Shown in pieces: positions 8,976 through 19,364 of a DNA stretch of 45,965 nucleotides. The notes below the pieces were generated by a model. The model ran no database searches. It was not told the DNA's origin and saw only the letters and a program-made list of their open reading frames with translations. Both the position numbers and the translations under genes were made by a program. Each line of letters begins with the position of its first letter. The stretch's first letter is position 1. Source of the stretch: Chloropicon primus (Eukaryota). Location: positions 434,001-479,965 of the forward strand of contig CP060770.1 in assembly GCA_023205875.1 (NCBI GenBank). The letters are read 5' to 3'.

Positions 8976-9611
8976 GACGGTGCTCCTGGCTTGTTTCTGA
9001 CGCAGCTGAGCAGGCACAAGGGAGCACGAGGAGGAGGAGCGTTAGTCGTTGCTCCGCGGTGCTTCTGGCTTGCCGGACCGATGGCAGGTACGGAAGGGCA
9101 CGGTGAGTTCCCAAAAGGTCATTCGAGGCCACCTACGTCGAGGAAAGCCGGATTACCTGTCGGATCCCACTCCCCAAACACTCCCACAGGGACGGATGAT
9201 GCCGCCAGTGAGAGTTTATCTGCCTCTTCTCGCGTCTCTGCGACCGAAACCGAGCCGAACAAAGGCACAGGGGAGCAAAGTTCGGTCAGACGAGTGCCAT
9301 TCAACCTCCTCCTCGGTCCCCCGCGTCCCGGAAACCGACATGAAGCACGCCACTCACCTCTCTCTCTCTCTCTTCCTCTTCCCCACCGCCAATGACAGTT
9401 TATCTCCCTCTCGCCAAAGCTGCTGTGCAGAGTGACGACAGAGGGAGGGGAAGGCAGCAACTTCCTTGCGCTTGTGAGGACGTGAGGTCTATCCAAGGGA
9501 GGATAGAAGGTTTTAGGTGGAAACTAAAGCTCGTGATCTTTCCATTGGTACCTCACTTGCTTGATTTGGTGGTCGGGTCAGTCCTCGGCAGAGGAGAGAA
9601 AGGGATCGACG

Positions 9612-10665
9612 ATGGCAAACGCCATGGTGAAGGACACGGAGTCGAGCGAGCGGCGGCGAAGGCGGAGGTCCTCCGACACGAGAAGCTCCAGGCGGACGTC
9701 GAAAGATAACACACCACCACGAGGTTCTCTCTTGCTTCAGTCAAAGATGCTGAAAGAAGTGAAAGACTTTGACAAAACTTCATTGGTTCCGTGTTCTTCG
9801 GCTTCGCCGTCGCCGAGGAGGAGCAGCTTGGGCAGCGGCAAAGGGTCTCCTCTGTCGAATTACGACGAGGGCGAGGGCTTGAGAAGGAGGAGCTTCGAGC
9901 TGAAGGCGTTGAAGGACGACCAGGTGGCCAAGGTGTTGGACGGGGTCTTCGTCGGGGGCATAGGAGGCGCCAAGAACAAGGAGGAGCTCGACAAGAACGG
10001 GGTCACGCACGTCGTCAACTGCAGTCCTGGTAAGTCAGAGGCAAGCCGGCGTCCAGCAAGGGCCGGGTGGACAGCAAGGGAGTGCCAAAGCCAGCGGCGT
10101 CCGCGGTGTTCTGCTCACCGCCGGCGTCGGTCTCGGTATCTGTCTCGGTATCCGTCTCGGTATCTGTCTTGGTCTCGGAACCTTTCTTGAGTTCCTTGGC
10201 GTGTTGTGCGATGTACTGACTCCTCTGACTCCTCTGTATGCCTGTCTCTGCCCGCGTCTCGATGCAGTGTGCCATCACGTGTGCCACAAGGAGTACGAGT
10301 ACTTGCTGGTTTCGGTTTACGACAAGAGCACCGATAACATAGAGGACGAGTTTGTCAAGTCCAACGCTTTCATCCGATCGGCGTTGGATCAGGGAGGCGC
10401 GGTGTTTGTCCACTGCTACGCGGGGCAGTCCAGGAGCGTGACACTTGTCGTCGCTTGGCTCATAGAGACCGGCTTCACGCTCGAGGAGGCCCTCGCAAAG
10501 GTTAGAAAGGCGAGGCCCAGCGCGAGACCCAACAGCGGCTTCATGGAGCAGCTGGAGAGGTTCGAGAAGAAGATCGTGGCGCGCAGGAGGTCGCTGGAGG
10601 AAACCATGTTTGACATGGAATTGGACCTCGTGGCCCTGGACAACAACCCGCAGGGCGGCGGGTGA
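9612..10665 (+). CDS. Dual-specificity protein phosphatase (DSP/MKP-like), 2 exons (9612-10029, 10268-10665)
   Basis: Exon 1 has VLDGVFVG...GVTHVVNC. Exon 2 has the general-acid Asp region (VYD), the signature VHCYAGQSRS and RPSARPNSGFMEQL. Confidence 0.9.
10030..10267 (+). other. Spliceosomal intron (238 nt, phase 1), contains a 12-bp GTCTCGGTATCY minirepeat
   Basis: Donor G|GTAAGT, branch-like ACTGAC/TCTGAC, acceptor TGCAG|TG; splicing restores NCSP-V-CHH in frame. Confidence 0.85.
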
Positions 10666-10841
10666 AGGAACGGTCGATTGCCACAACCCCAAGGCAGGGT
10701 GACTTGGTCGTATTTTTTTCTTCGAGCTCTGGGCAGTCGCGGTGGTCGAGGTGGCGGCTCGTGCGTCTATATCGAAAGTCTATATAAAACAAAGCGCGTG
10801 TATATTAATTTCACTTGAAATCCCAACGAGGGACCTCCCCA

Positions 10842-13058
10842 CTACATCTTCCTCAAGGGCTTGATGAAGAGCTTGTCGAGTCCGTTGTCGATGACTTGCC
10901 TGAACGCTTTGCAGAGGTAAATCCTGGCGTGAAGGGCCGTCTGCTGCTCGTCCGTGATGGTCTCCTGACTCCTGTGAGGCAGGATCCTCACCCCCCGTGG
11001 GCCATAATACGAGCTCAGCTTCCTCGTGAACATGTTCAGGAAGTCGCAAACCTTGTGGACCCCGAACTCTGGGTTCTGTGGAGGCTTGGGCAGCGCAGGG
11101 CAAGCCGCGAGCTTGAGCAGGGACGGGAAGCCGAGGACGAACTCCATGAGCATCTCCCACTCCATATGGTTGTCAACGACACTCCAGTCGATCTGAGAGA
11201 GGTCGGGGAGATCCTTGGAGACGCCCTTCTCCACCAAGCCCTCGAATTTCCTGATCAAGCTGCTGAGCCTGGTGGAGTTGTACAGAATGAAGGGCGCCGA
11301 GGCGTCCTCAAAGTCCGTGATCTTGGCGATGTCGAAGCTAATCTGCGTGGAGCAGGTGCAAGCAAGGAGGGCGTACTTCATCGCCGCGGTGGAGACCTCG
11401 TGCGTCACCTGGTCAAAGAACTCCTGGCTCACCTTGTCACCCCTCTCCTCGTACTTTTGCGCCATCTTCTTCCTGATCTCCTCCTTGAGCTGGGCGTACA
11501 GGTCGTCCGCCAGGAGGTACCTGCCCCTTCTTCCGCTCATCTTTCCCGTCTTCAGCTTGACCAAGTCGTACTGCAGGTGGTACTGCCTGCCCAGGAGCTC
11601 CGGGTTCATCATGTACATGGCAAGGGACACCTTTTGCTGGGCGAGATCCTGCTCGCTGCAGATCACGTTAAGAATCAAGTCGGACTGGTGAGCCTTCTTG
11701 AAGCTGTACACGATGTCCCTGAAGGTGTAGAGCGTGGACCCGTCCGGCCTCAGAACGTAGAGGTTCGGGTAAGGCTTCATGTAGCCCTTCTTGCCCTGGG
11801 GGAGCTTCTGGTCCACGATGAACTGCTGCATGTTGAGGTAGGCCCCCTCCGGGACGCCCTTGTCGTTGCTCTGGGTCTGGGGCACAAAGTAGGACGTGTT
11901 CTTCATGATGTCAAGGAAAGCCGTGTTGCTCCCCTCCCAACCGAGCTCAGACTCGAAGTCGAAGGCGTCGTGGCGGACGTTGTACGTCTCCAAAGTCTCC
12001 TGGACGCCAGAGAGACAGTCGATCACCATCTTCCGGAAGATCCTGATGGCCTCTGGATCCTGCCTCTCGTACGCCAAGTTCAGCATGGCCCCGCCCTTCT
12101 TGATGTCCTTCTCGTCCCTCATCTCTTGGACCACCGTCTTGAACAGCACCTCGTAGCCCTCCCTGTCCCTCAACTCTCTGAAGATCCCAATGTACTCCTC
12201 GATTCCCTTCTTCTTGTCGGCTCCCGAGGCCTTGGCGACGAGCCCGTCCCTGAAGGCGTCGGCCCCCTCCGTTCCAGCGTCGCAGGCGTCCGCAAGCTTG
12301 CCGATGTCCACCTCAACCTTCTGCAGCTCCACCAGAGTGTTCATAATGGCGTACATGGACCCGATCCAGTGGTCTATCTTCATGGTGGGCTTGATCAGGT
12401 TGTACACCCTGTTGTAGCCGAACGCGGTGAGCCCAATCTGAGCCCCCAAGTCGTTGACGTAAAAATGCTGCTTCACATCCGCTCCAGCAGACTCAATCAA
12501 CCTCGCAGTGTGGGCACCAATCATGACGTTCCTCAAGTTTCCAATATGCAAAGGAGCGTTGGGGTTGCTGCTGGTGTGTTCCACAAGAACACGCTTCCCC
12601 TTCCACGCTTCAGTGAACCCATACCTTGCTCCCATCTCCAACACCTGCTCCACAACCCGCTTGTACATCATCGGCCTGCTCAGGAAGATGTTCAAGTATG
12701 GACCAGCGCACGCGACCTTTTGCACGAGCTTGCCCTTCCTCTCGTCAGCACTCAAGGAATTCAAGTGAGTCATGATGAACTCGGAGATGACTTTGGCACC
12801 GTGGACCGGGTTGGTCTTCACCCTGGCGCACACGGGAGCCAGTTGGACAGCGATGTCGCCCTGGTCGAGCCTCCTGGACCTCTCCATCTTCATGCCCACG
12901 TCGCACACCACGCCACATAACTTGCCGAGCAACACTTCCTCCTCATTCTCATTCTCATTCTCATTCCCATTCGTGTTCGCTTTGGTCTCGAAGAAAGTTC
13001 TCAACTCCTCCTGGACTTCCGCCACAACGCTGCCCATCATGTCGCCCTTGTCTCCCAT
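10842..13058 (-). CDS. argS: Arginyl-tRNA synthetase (class I) with archaeal-type signature motifs
   Basis: AGPYLN, VLVEHTSSNPNAPLHIGNLRN (HIGH variant), YVNDLGAQ, RPDGSTLYTFRDI, KMSGRRG (KMSKS equivalent), DALR-type anticodon domain ending PLRKM. First ATG is 13058. Confidence 0.93.
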   Translation of the reverse strand: MGDKGDMMGSVVAEVQEELRTFFETKANTNGNENENENEEEVLLGKLCGVVCDVGMKMERSRRLDQGDIAVQLAPVCARVKTNPVHGAKVISEFIMTHLNSLSADERKGKLVQKVACAGPYLNIFLSRPMMYKRVVEQVLEMGARYGFTEAWKGKRVLVEHTSSNPNAPLHIGNLRNVMIGAHTARLIESAGADVKQHFYVNDLGAQIGLTAFGYNRVYNLIKPTMKIDHWIGSMYAIMNTLVELQKVEVDIGKLADACDAGTEGADAFRDGLVAKASGADKKKGIEEYIGIFRELRDREGYEVLFKTVVQEMRDEKDIKKGGAMLNLAYERQDPEAIRIFRKMVIDCLSGVQETLETYNVRHDAFDFESELGWEGSNTAFLDIMKNTSYFVPQTQSNDKGVPEGAYLNMQQFIVDQKLPQGKKGYMKPYPNLYVLRPDGSTLYTFRDIVYSFKKAHQSDLILNVICSEQDLAQQKVSLAMYMMNPELLGRQYHLQYDLVKLKTGKMSGRRGRYLLADDLYAQLKEEIRKKMAQKYEERGDKVSQEFFDQVTHEVSTAAMKYALLACTCSTQISFDIAKITDFEDASAPFILYNSTRLSSLIRKFEGLVEKGVSKDLPDLSQIDWSVVDNHMEWEMLMEFVLGFPSLLKLAACPALPKPPQNPEFGVHKVCDFLNMFTRKLSSYYGPRGVRILPHRSQETITDEQQTALHARIYLCKAFRQVIDNGLDKLFIKPLRKM

Positions 13059-13106
13059 CCTCACTCACTCCTCTCGCCTCTCTCTCTCTCTCTCTCTCGC
13101 CTCTCT

Positions 13107-13585
13107 TGATCGATCGATCGATCGCCGCTGCCGCTCTCTGCCGCCACTCCGCTGCTTCTCTGAGGAGGATCGATCGTAACTGCAGAGCGGAGCGGAGGAG
13201 CGAGCGAGCGATCGCGATCGGGAAGTGGGAGGGAGGGACGGGGAGCGGCAAGGTGCGTCCCGCTGTGTGCTGCTTCCTTGCCTCGTGCTTGCGTCGCCAT
13301 CCTCGCGATCGCGATCGCGATCGATCGTGAGACGAGTGGAGCATGGAGTGGAGCACTGGAGTGATCGCGATCGGGATGGTGGGTAGAGGTAAGGGGAGGT
13401 GGGATCCCTCCATGCTGCTCCCCTTCGTGATCCTCCCCTCCTCTTCCCTGGTGTCTCACGATCGATCGCGATCGATCGGGCTCGTCGTGGATCGCTCGGC
13501 CTCGGAGGGGAAGGCGATCAGAAGCAGAGGGGACCGCGGCGCACAAGGGCGGAGCAGGGGAGTGATCGATCGGAGCGATCGCGCA
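13107..13585. repeat. Cluster of CGATCG / GCGATCGC palindromes in a divergent promoter
   Basis: Runs such as gatcgatcgatcgatcg (13108), gcgatcgcgatcg (13208), gcgatcgcgatcgcgatcgatcg (about 13305) and cgatcgatcgcgatcgatcg (13459). Confidence 0.8.
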
Positions 13586-13626
13586 CAAGGCACCGAGGAG
13601 TAGAGAGAAGGAGCACTCTGTCGCGA

Positions 13627-15020
13627 ATGATGGAAACCGGAGGAGGTTTGGCGTTCTCTGACGTCCTGGGAGATCTCGGGAACGACGACGAAGGTAAGCG
13701 AAAGTGAAGGCGTTAGCGTTAGGCGTTACCGGAGGATGGAGGATGCATGCCGTGGACGCTGACCCGAGTTCGTCGATCGCAGGGGAAGGGAAGGAGGAGG
13801 CCAAGCTTAGCCGCGGAGGGACGGAAGAATCGGACCCACACGAGGGGACTTCCAAGGGGATGGAGGACAAGGCCTTGGGTGTCGGTGGCGGGGAGGCGGG
13901 GACGCCAACGCAGCCCTCGGTCCTGCGGGCAAAGCACTACGTGAGAGGATCTGGCCCGAGCACCAAGCTGGCGAGCCCCCTGGACTGGATGCTCGACTTT
14001 GACTTGGACGAGGACGAGATCCTCAAGTCGCAGTCCACGAAGCAGTGCATCGAGGACAACGACGCGGCGGGCGATCTCCGAAGGCTCGCGAGGGTGAAGG
14101 AGAGTGAGAAGGGGAAGAAGACTCGCGTGTTTCAATCCCCCGTGGCGAGACCCGCAAGCACTTCAAGCGTGCCTGCTGCCAAATCAGCGCAGGAGGAAAC
14201 GTGTGAGCTCGTGCAGTCGGCGGCGGCCCGCCCTGGCGCATCGAAGAGGAAGCACGAGCGCCTCGAGGGCACATCGTCGGGGGCAGCAGAGGACGCGAGG
14301 CCTGTGGCGGTGGGGGAGGAGGACAACCAAGAACGCAAGGCAGAGGCAGGCAAGGAAGGAGGTCCTGAGGCAGATCCCGATGCGACGGAAGAAGCACACT
14401 GCTCAAAGAAGCAGATGACGGAGAGGAGGAGATCCCCGTCTCCAGGCGCAACCGAGGAGAAAGGGGATGGCGAAGAGGGTGCTCATGTTGTCGACCAAGA
14501 CCATCGAGAGCGGGTGATCGAGGAGGACGTCGAAGCCGAGGAGATCAAGACTGACGGGGTTGCAAAGGGACCTGGCACCATCGTGGCCGTGCTCCCTGCG
14601 CCCGTCGAAGAGAAAATCAGCCCCACCAAGCAGCAGCACGCGGCGGTGGGGCAGGAGAAATCCAACCCATCAAATCTTCTCCAGAGTTCCAAGAAACGGG
14701 TTGAGGACATCGAAAGGCTGAATGCTCACATTGACGCCAAGAGCAAGCACATGGCCAAGCTAATGGAGCACGCCGAGAAGGTGAAGGAGAGCGCCACCAG
14801 CCTGAAATCGAACAGCTCGAAGTCTCACGTCACGCTCATCACGAGCGGAAGCAAAATGTTCAAGGCGTTCTCCCCACTGCAGGCCTGTTTCACGTCCTTC
14901 TGCACCCACGCTTGCCTGCTCATCCAGCAGAGGCTGAACAGGCTGCTGGATCAGGCAGAGACCTCTCTCCAAGATTTCAAGACTCTGAGCTGTCTCAACA
15001 ACCCTCAGACGACGCCGTGA
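13627..15020 (+). CDS. Unknown E/K/A-rich, largely disordered protein with C-terminal coiled coil; 2 exons (13627-13693, 13783-15020)
   Basis: ATG exon MMETGGGLAFSDVLGDLGNDDE ends at G|GTAAGC. GCTGAC branch point and GCAG acceptor at 13782 join in phase 1 to the 438-aa track ORF. Confidence 0.75.
13694..13782 (+). other. Spliceosomal intron (89 nt, phase 1)
   Basis: GTAAGC donor, GCTGAC branch point about 20 nt before the CGCAG acceptor. Confidence 0.8.
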
Positions 15021-15139
15021 GCAGCAGCGCACACAAAGGCAAAGCGACGATCGTAGTATTACAACACCAACATCCAACAACGCTTACATCTTCATCCTAA
15101 TTATTGCTAGCAGCCATCTCCAACTCCAGAAACAAAGCG

Positions 15140-16681
15140 TCAGAACCGCTCCAGACTCTTGTAATAATGCGAAAGAGCCCTCCCCAGCTGCTCTCCCATC
15201 CCAATGTACCCCTTCTCCGTGTTCACCTTCCCGGCCTGCGACTGAGCGTGCTCCTGGCTCACCTTGTGCTGCTTCTGCCCGAACGCAGACTCGGAGTGCG
15301 AGAACCCACCAATGTCGTGGAAGAAGCTGGCCTCGAAGGTGTAACACAGGGTTTCGGGAAGAATTTTCTCCAAGGCCCGCCTTGCGCTCCCAACCTTGTG
15401 AGAGTCTATGTCCCACCGGCAAGTTGCCATCGAGAATTCCAGCATGTACATGTCCAGGAATTCCAGGAAGATCAAGACCTTCCGAAGGCGGTTCATGGTC
15501 GCCCAGTCCCGCTCCTTCTCCTTCAAGTCCTCCTCGCTGCCCATGCTCGATATCTCCATGCTCTTGGGAGGATTGCAAAACATGAAGGACCTCTTGCTCG
15601 TCGAGTGCGCGTGAACGTCAATGAACATGTCAAGCTTTCTGCCCTTCTCCTTGTTGATGCTCTTCAGCAGCTCCTTCGTCCAGTAGAGGCTGGGCTCGAT
15701 CTCCTTGCTCGGAGCGTCCCATCGCCGGTTCAAGTCGACTCCGGTGGCGTCCGTCCTGTAGTTCCCCAAGAAGACCCCATCGGGGTTCAGCATTGGCACG
15801 ACGACGATGTCCGCAGCCTTGCGCAGGTAGCAGGCCTCCTCCTGCTGGGACGTCACGAAGTCCAGAAAGCCTTGGATGACAAAGCTCGCGGGCGTCTCTC
15901 CCGGGTGAACCCTCCCCGTAATCGCGATCACCGGCCGCACAGGGGAATGAGCGTGGAGGTACGCGGCCCCATTCCCATTCTCCTTGCCCGAGCTCCCCCT
16001 CCTCCCTCCCCTTTGCTTCCCATTCTGCAAGAATGAGGTCGGCGTGAGTCCCTCCTTGCCGCTGATCTCGATCATGTCCACGCGCCTCATCTGGTTGGTG
16101 CGGCACAGCAAGCTCCGCTCCAGTCGGTAATCCAGGTTCCCTCCCCCACTGCAGCAGCAGGTCCTCTCCAAGGTGTCCAGATACTTTTGAAGCTTGGTGT
16201 ACGGGTACGGGAAAGAGTAAGCGAAGTCATACACCTCGTTCTCATCCCCGTCGAAGGTGAAGACGAAGCTGAGGAGGTACTGCCCGCCATGCCTTGAGGA
16301 CTTGTAATAAAAACAGTTCCTCGGTGGCAACCGCGCCCAACCCAAGTGAGGCCTGCTCCTGGACCTCACAAGCGGCGTCATCCTGTCCCTGTAAAGGCTC
16401 CTTTGCTTGCTGAAGTTGACCACGCTGAAGACGACTCTCTGGTTGGGTCGGCAACCAAAGCAAGAAAAGTAGAACCAGTTCCTGTACTGGTCGGCCAAAG
16501 TGTCCGGCCTCAGGGAGATCTCATACTCGATGCCATCGTTCAGCGGCTTCACCTTGTGGAGGTTCCCTGACTCGTAGTCGCTGAAGAACAACAAGTTGGG
16601 TTCCTGCTTCGGCTCCCTCTCCTTCGTCTTCCCCTTCCGCCTGGTCGCGGCACTGTCGTCCTGCGTCACAAAACGGGTCAT
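15140..16681 (-). CDS. AGBL4: Cytosolic carboxypeptidase (M14D; CCP6/AGBL4-like tubulin deglutamylase)
   Basis: ESGNL, WFYF, NFSKQRSLYR, YSFPYPY, zinc ligands RVHPGE and DVHAHS, PMLNPDGV, GNYR, DLNR, YTFE. TGTAA on the minus strand at 15084-15088. Confidence 0.88.
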   Translation of the reverse strand: MTRFVTQDDSAATRRKGKTKEREPKQEPNLLFFSDYESGNLHKVKPLNDGIEYEISLRPDTLADQYRNWFYFSCFGCRPNQRVVFSVVNFSKQRSLYRDRMTPLVRSRSRPHLGWARLPPRNCFYYKSSRHGGQYLLSFVFTFDGDENEVYDFAYSFPYPYTKLQKYLDTLERTCCCSGGGNLDYRLERSLLCRTNQMRRVDMIEISGKEGLTPTSFLQNGKQRGGRRGSSGKENGNGAAYLHAHSPVRPVIAITGRVHPGETPASFVIQGFLDFVTSQQEEACYLRKAADIVVVPMLNPDGVFLGNYRTDATGVDLNRRWDAPSKEIEPSLYWTKELLKSINKEKGRKLDMFIDVHAHSTSKRSFMFCNPPKSMEISSMGSEEDLKEKERDWATMNRLRKVLIFLEFLDMYMLEFSMATCRWDIDSHKVGSARRALEKILPETLCYTFEASFFHDIGGFSHSESAFGQKQHKVSQEHAQSQAGKVNTEKGYIGMGEQLGRALSHYYKSLERF

Positions 16682-17476
16682 GCTCGACCCAGGTGCGTGC
16701 TTACGATGATTCCCGCAACTGCCTCGTCACGACATACCACAACACTTGAGCATGCTTCGCCTCCACTCAGACGCACGTGACTTCTCACCACCTGCAAAGG
16801 TGGGGCTAGAAGTGGAGTCCTTGGGGGCAGAGAGGCTTCCGTTGACGAAAGGAGACGGATTTGCGACCCCTTCCCCACCTGCTTCGCTCCCCCCGTCCTT
16901 CCTGTCGACCCTCCGCGCCCTTCCTTATCCTTCCAGACAGACAGGCTCTGAGCTCCTGGGTTCCTTGGTTTGAACCTTTGGGGCTCCGCAAGACACAAAC
17001 TTTAGCGACAAAGTGGTCGACTGGCAAGTGTCCATCGAGAGACCGTGAGACGATGCTCCGCTTGATGGTGTCCCTCCACCCTTCCCTCCCCGGTCTTCCC
17101 CCCGTCACCCTCACCCACGCCTCGGCCTCGGCTCCTCCTGGCCCCTCCAGTTCTCGTCTCGAGGAAACTCCTCCATTCAAATCCATCGAGTCTCCTCATT
17201 ACTCCCGAACCTAGTCCTAACTTTGGCCTGACCTGGGTGGAAGGAGGAGGACAAACCAAACGCACAGTCGAGTGATGGTGACGCGAAGAGAGCACTCGGC
17301 TCGTTGTAGGCGTGTACCCCAATCGGCAATCGGTTCTCAATCCAAGGTCTCGACCCTATTCGTTTGGTGGGCGCCACTCGACTGACCTTGGACTCTTCTT
17401 CTGGCTGCTCCGGTCCCTGCAAAAACTATTTGGGTTTGTCATCGTACTCTGGAGGACGACGGATGAACACGCCGAG

Positions 17477-17765
17477 GGGAAGGAGAAGAAGGAGATCGAT
17501 GAATCGATGGATCGATATCGATGGAAGGACAAGAGGAGAAGATCGCCCTCTCCCTGCCTCGGTGTCCTCCCTCCCTCCCTCCCCTCGGCGCCCTTTCCCT
17601 CCCTCACCTTCGTACTCTGGAGCCAAGGAGAAGGAGAAGGAGATCGATGGATCGATGGATCGATGGAAGGACAAGAGGAGAAAGGTCTGGAAGAGGAAAC
17701 GGAGAAGATCACCCTCTCCCTGCCTCGGTGTCCTCCCTCCCTCCCTCCCCTCGGCGTCCTTTCCT
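17477..17765. repeat. Imperfect intergenic direct duplication (about 125-140 bp, two copies)
   Basis: TCGATGGAAGGACAAGAGGAGAA...GATCRCCCTCTCCCTGCCTCGGTGTCCTCCCTCCCTCCCTCCCCTCGGCG occurs at about 17518 and 17660; the second copy has an insert of about 20 bp. Confidence 0.8.
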
Positions 17766-18182
17766 TCCAACCCCTCCACGCCACACGCCCCCCCCAAGGT
17801 CTAATCTTGGGTGTAATGACTCTTGACTTTTTTTGACTTTTGTTCTCAGGGGAACGAAGGGGAAGGCGATGGCGTAGGATTCCTGAGCGAGGACGAGGAC
17901 GAGGATCAAGACGTGGCCCAGGAAGGAGGAGGGAACGAGGTAGAGGACGCCTCTGAACACCACACATACACGACCAACACGAAGGCTACGCTTGTGTTCT
18001 TTGAGGATAAAAAGTTCTCTTGCATCTTTTCTTCTTTCTTCTTTCTTTTTCTCCACAGAGGAAGCTGCTGCAGTCTGGAAGCATTTTTCAGGCTTTGCAG
18101 TTTTGCAGTGCGAAAGTTTGGAAGAAAGGGTGAGGAGAAGCGTTTGACGGTTGGTTCTGGTCTCAAGAGGTTGTCCACAATC

Positions 18183-19172
18183 ATGCCAACGCCGTCGAAC
18201 GCTCGTACGAAGCGACGGGCGTCCTTGCTGAGAAGCATTGCCAGCATGAACGTGTCGGGCAACAACAACCACCGGAGTATGCTGGAGAACTTGGATACGA
18301 AGGGGAACTACGAGGAGGTCCCTGCGCCTGCGGAGGTGAGGGACGTGCAGCAGTACATCGACAGAGTGTTGAAGATCATCACGACGACGTTCGAGTACTC
18401 CATTCTTCACTGGTCCAAAGCTCTGGAGAACGACAAAGTGAAGGATTTCCTGAGGAAAACAGCGGCAGTGAAGCACATTTTGAAGGTGTACGCCAAGAAG
18501 GACGACACAATAGCGTTGCTGGAGGTCGGAAAGCTCATCATCCTGTTCAGCTCCAACGCTACTGACACGAGACTCCACCAGAGCAAGCCCCAGATTTTGA
18601 CAAAGTACCTGCGGACAGTAATCTCTGAGCTCAAGAGCGAGAGCGAGTATAACCCCGGGGTCCACGACAGGGGTTCCGCTTTCGCGATGAAGCTCCTTCG
18701 ATTCATTTTGCAGAGGTTGACGGCACACGTCCTTCGCGCAACTTTGCTTCCGAAGCAAGCGGAGAGCAGCATGATACTCATCGTGTTGGAGATTTGGGAA
18801 CTGATGAAGATGGGGCTGATCTTCCCGGACTATGAGTCAAACATCGAGATCCTTTCCATGTTTGCTGGCATGCTGGAAAAGTGGAGAGACGTTCCGCTGA
18901 AGAGGACGCTCTCGAAGGAAGACTCTTCTTGCATGCACAAGTCCCTGCAAGCGATGCACATGCTGATCAAGAGAATGTACGAACAGAACCCCAAAATTTT
19001 GGAAAGTGGTCTGTATCCCCAGGTTCATCTCGATCTCCAGAACTTGGAGAAGAAGGTGCACATCATGTGCGGTCACTGGACGAAGCTTAGCATCGTGCCA
19101 TCCACGCACGGAAAGCTTCCACCACCGAGCGTTGCTGCGACAAACAGGAACGAAGAGCAGATGGCAAACTGA
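18183..19172 (+). CDS. Hypothetical alpha-helical protein (329 aa)
   Basis: Open frame with protein-like composition from ATG 18183 (MPTPSNAR). The upstream part of the track ORF crosses polypyrimidine/acceptor-like sequence and is probably a spliced 5' UTR. Confidence 0.65.
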   Translation: MPTPSNARTKRRASLLRSIASMNVSGNNNHRSMLENLDTKGNYEEVPAPAEVRDVQQYIDRVLKIITTTFEYSILHWSKALENDKVKDFLRKTAAVKHILKVYAKKDDTIALLEVGKLIILFSSNATDTRLHQSKPQILTKYLRTVISELKSESEYNPGVHDRGSAFAMKLLRFILQRLTAHVLRATLLPKQAESSMILIVLEIWELMKMGLIFPDYESNIEILSMFAGMLEKWRDVPLKRTLSKEDSSCMHKSLQAMHMLIKRMYEQNPKILESGLYPQVHLDLQNLEKKVHIMCGHWTKLSIVPSTHGKLPPPSVAATNRNEEQMAN

Positions 19173-19364
19173 GACAAGTCTTCCCACATCCGACACATCA
19201 TTGTATTCTGACACACACAACACGCACACAGCACACCTCGCTAAAGAAGCAAACAAATATATAAAAAAAGAACGAATCTTCCTAGTAATACAAAGCTTTG
19301 TTTACAATCATAAATAAGGATATATACGAAGATGATTCCATATACTCCCACCGCTCGTGCTGTT

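Noticed and set aside
10815..12920. 701-aa antisense ORF opposite ArgRS (tempting as sense/antisense synthetase coding)
   Set aside because: Equivalent antisense ORFs lie opposite fumarase, GT15, eIF4B and CCP6. They follow from high GC3 codon bias, and no class II synthetase motifs are visible.
14865..14930. Possible in-frame 66-nt GC-AG intron (AAG|GCGTTC...CAGCAG) in the unknown coiled-coil gene
   Set aside because: Removing it gives a smoother coiled coil, but the donor is weak and the frame is open either way; undecidable without RNA data.
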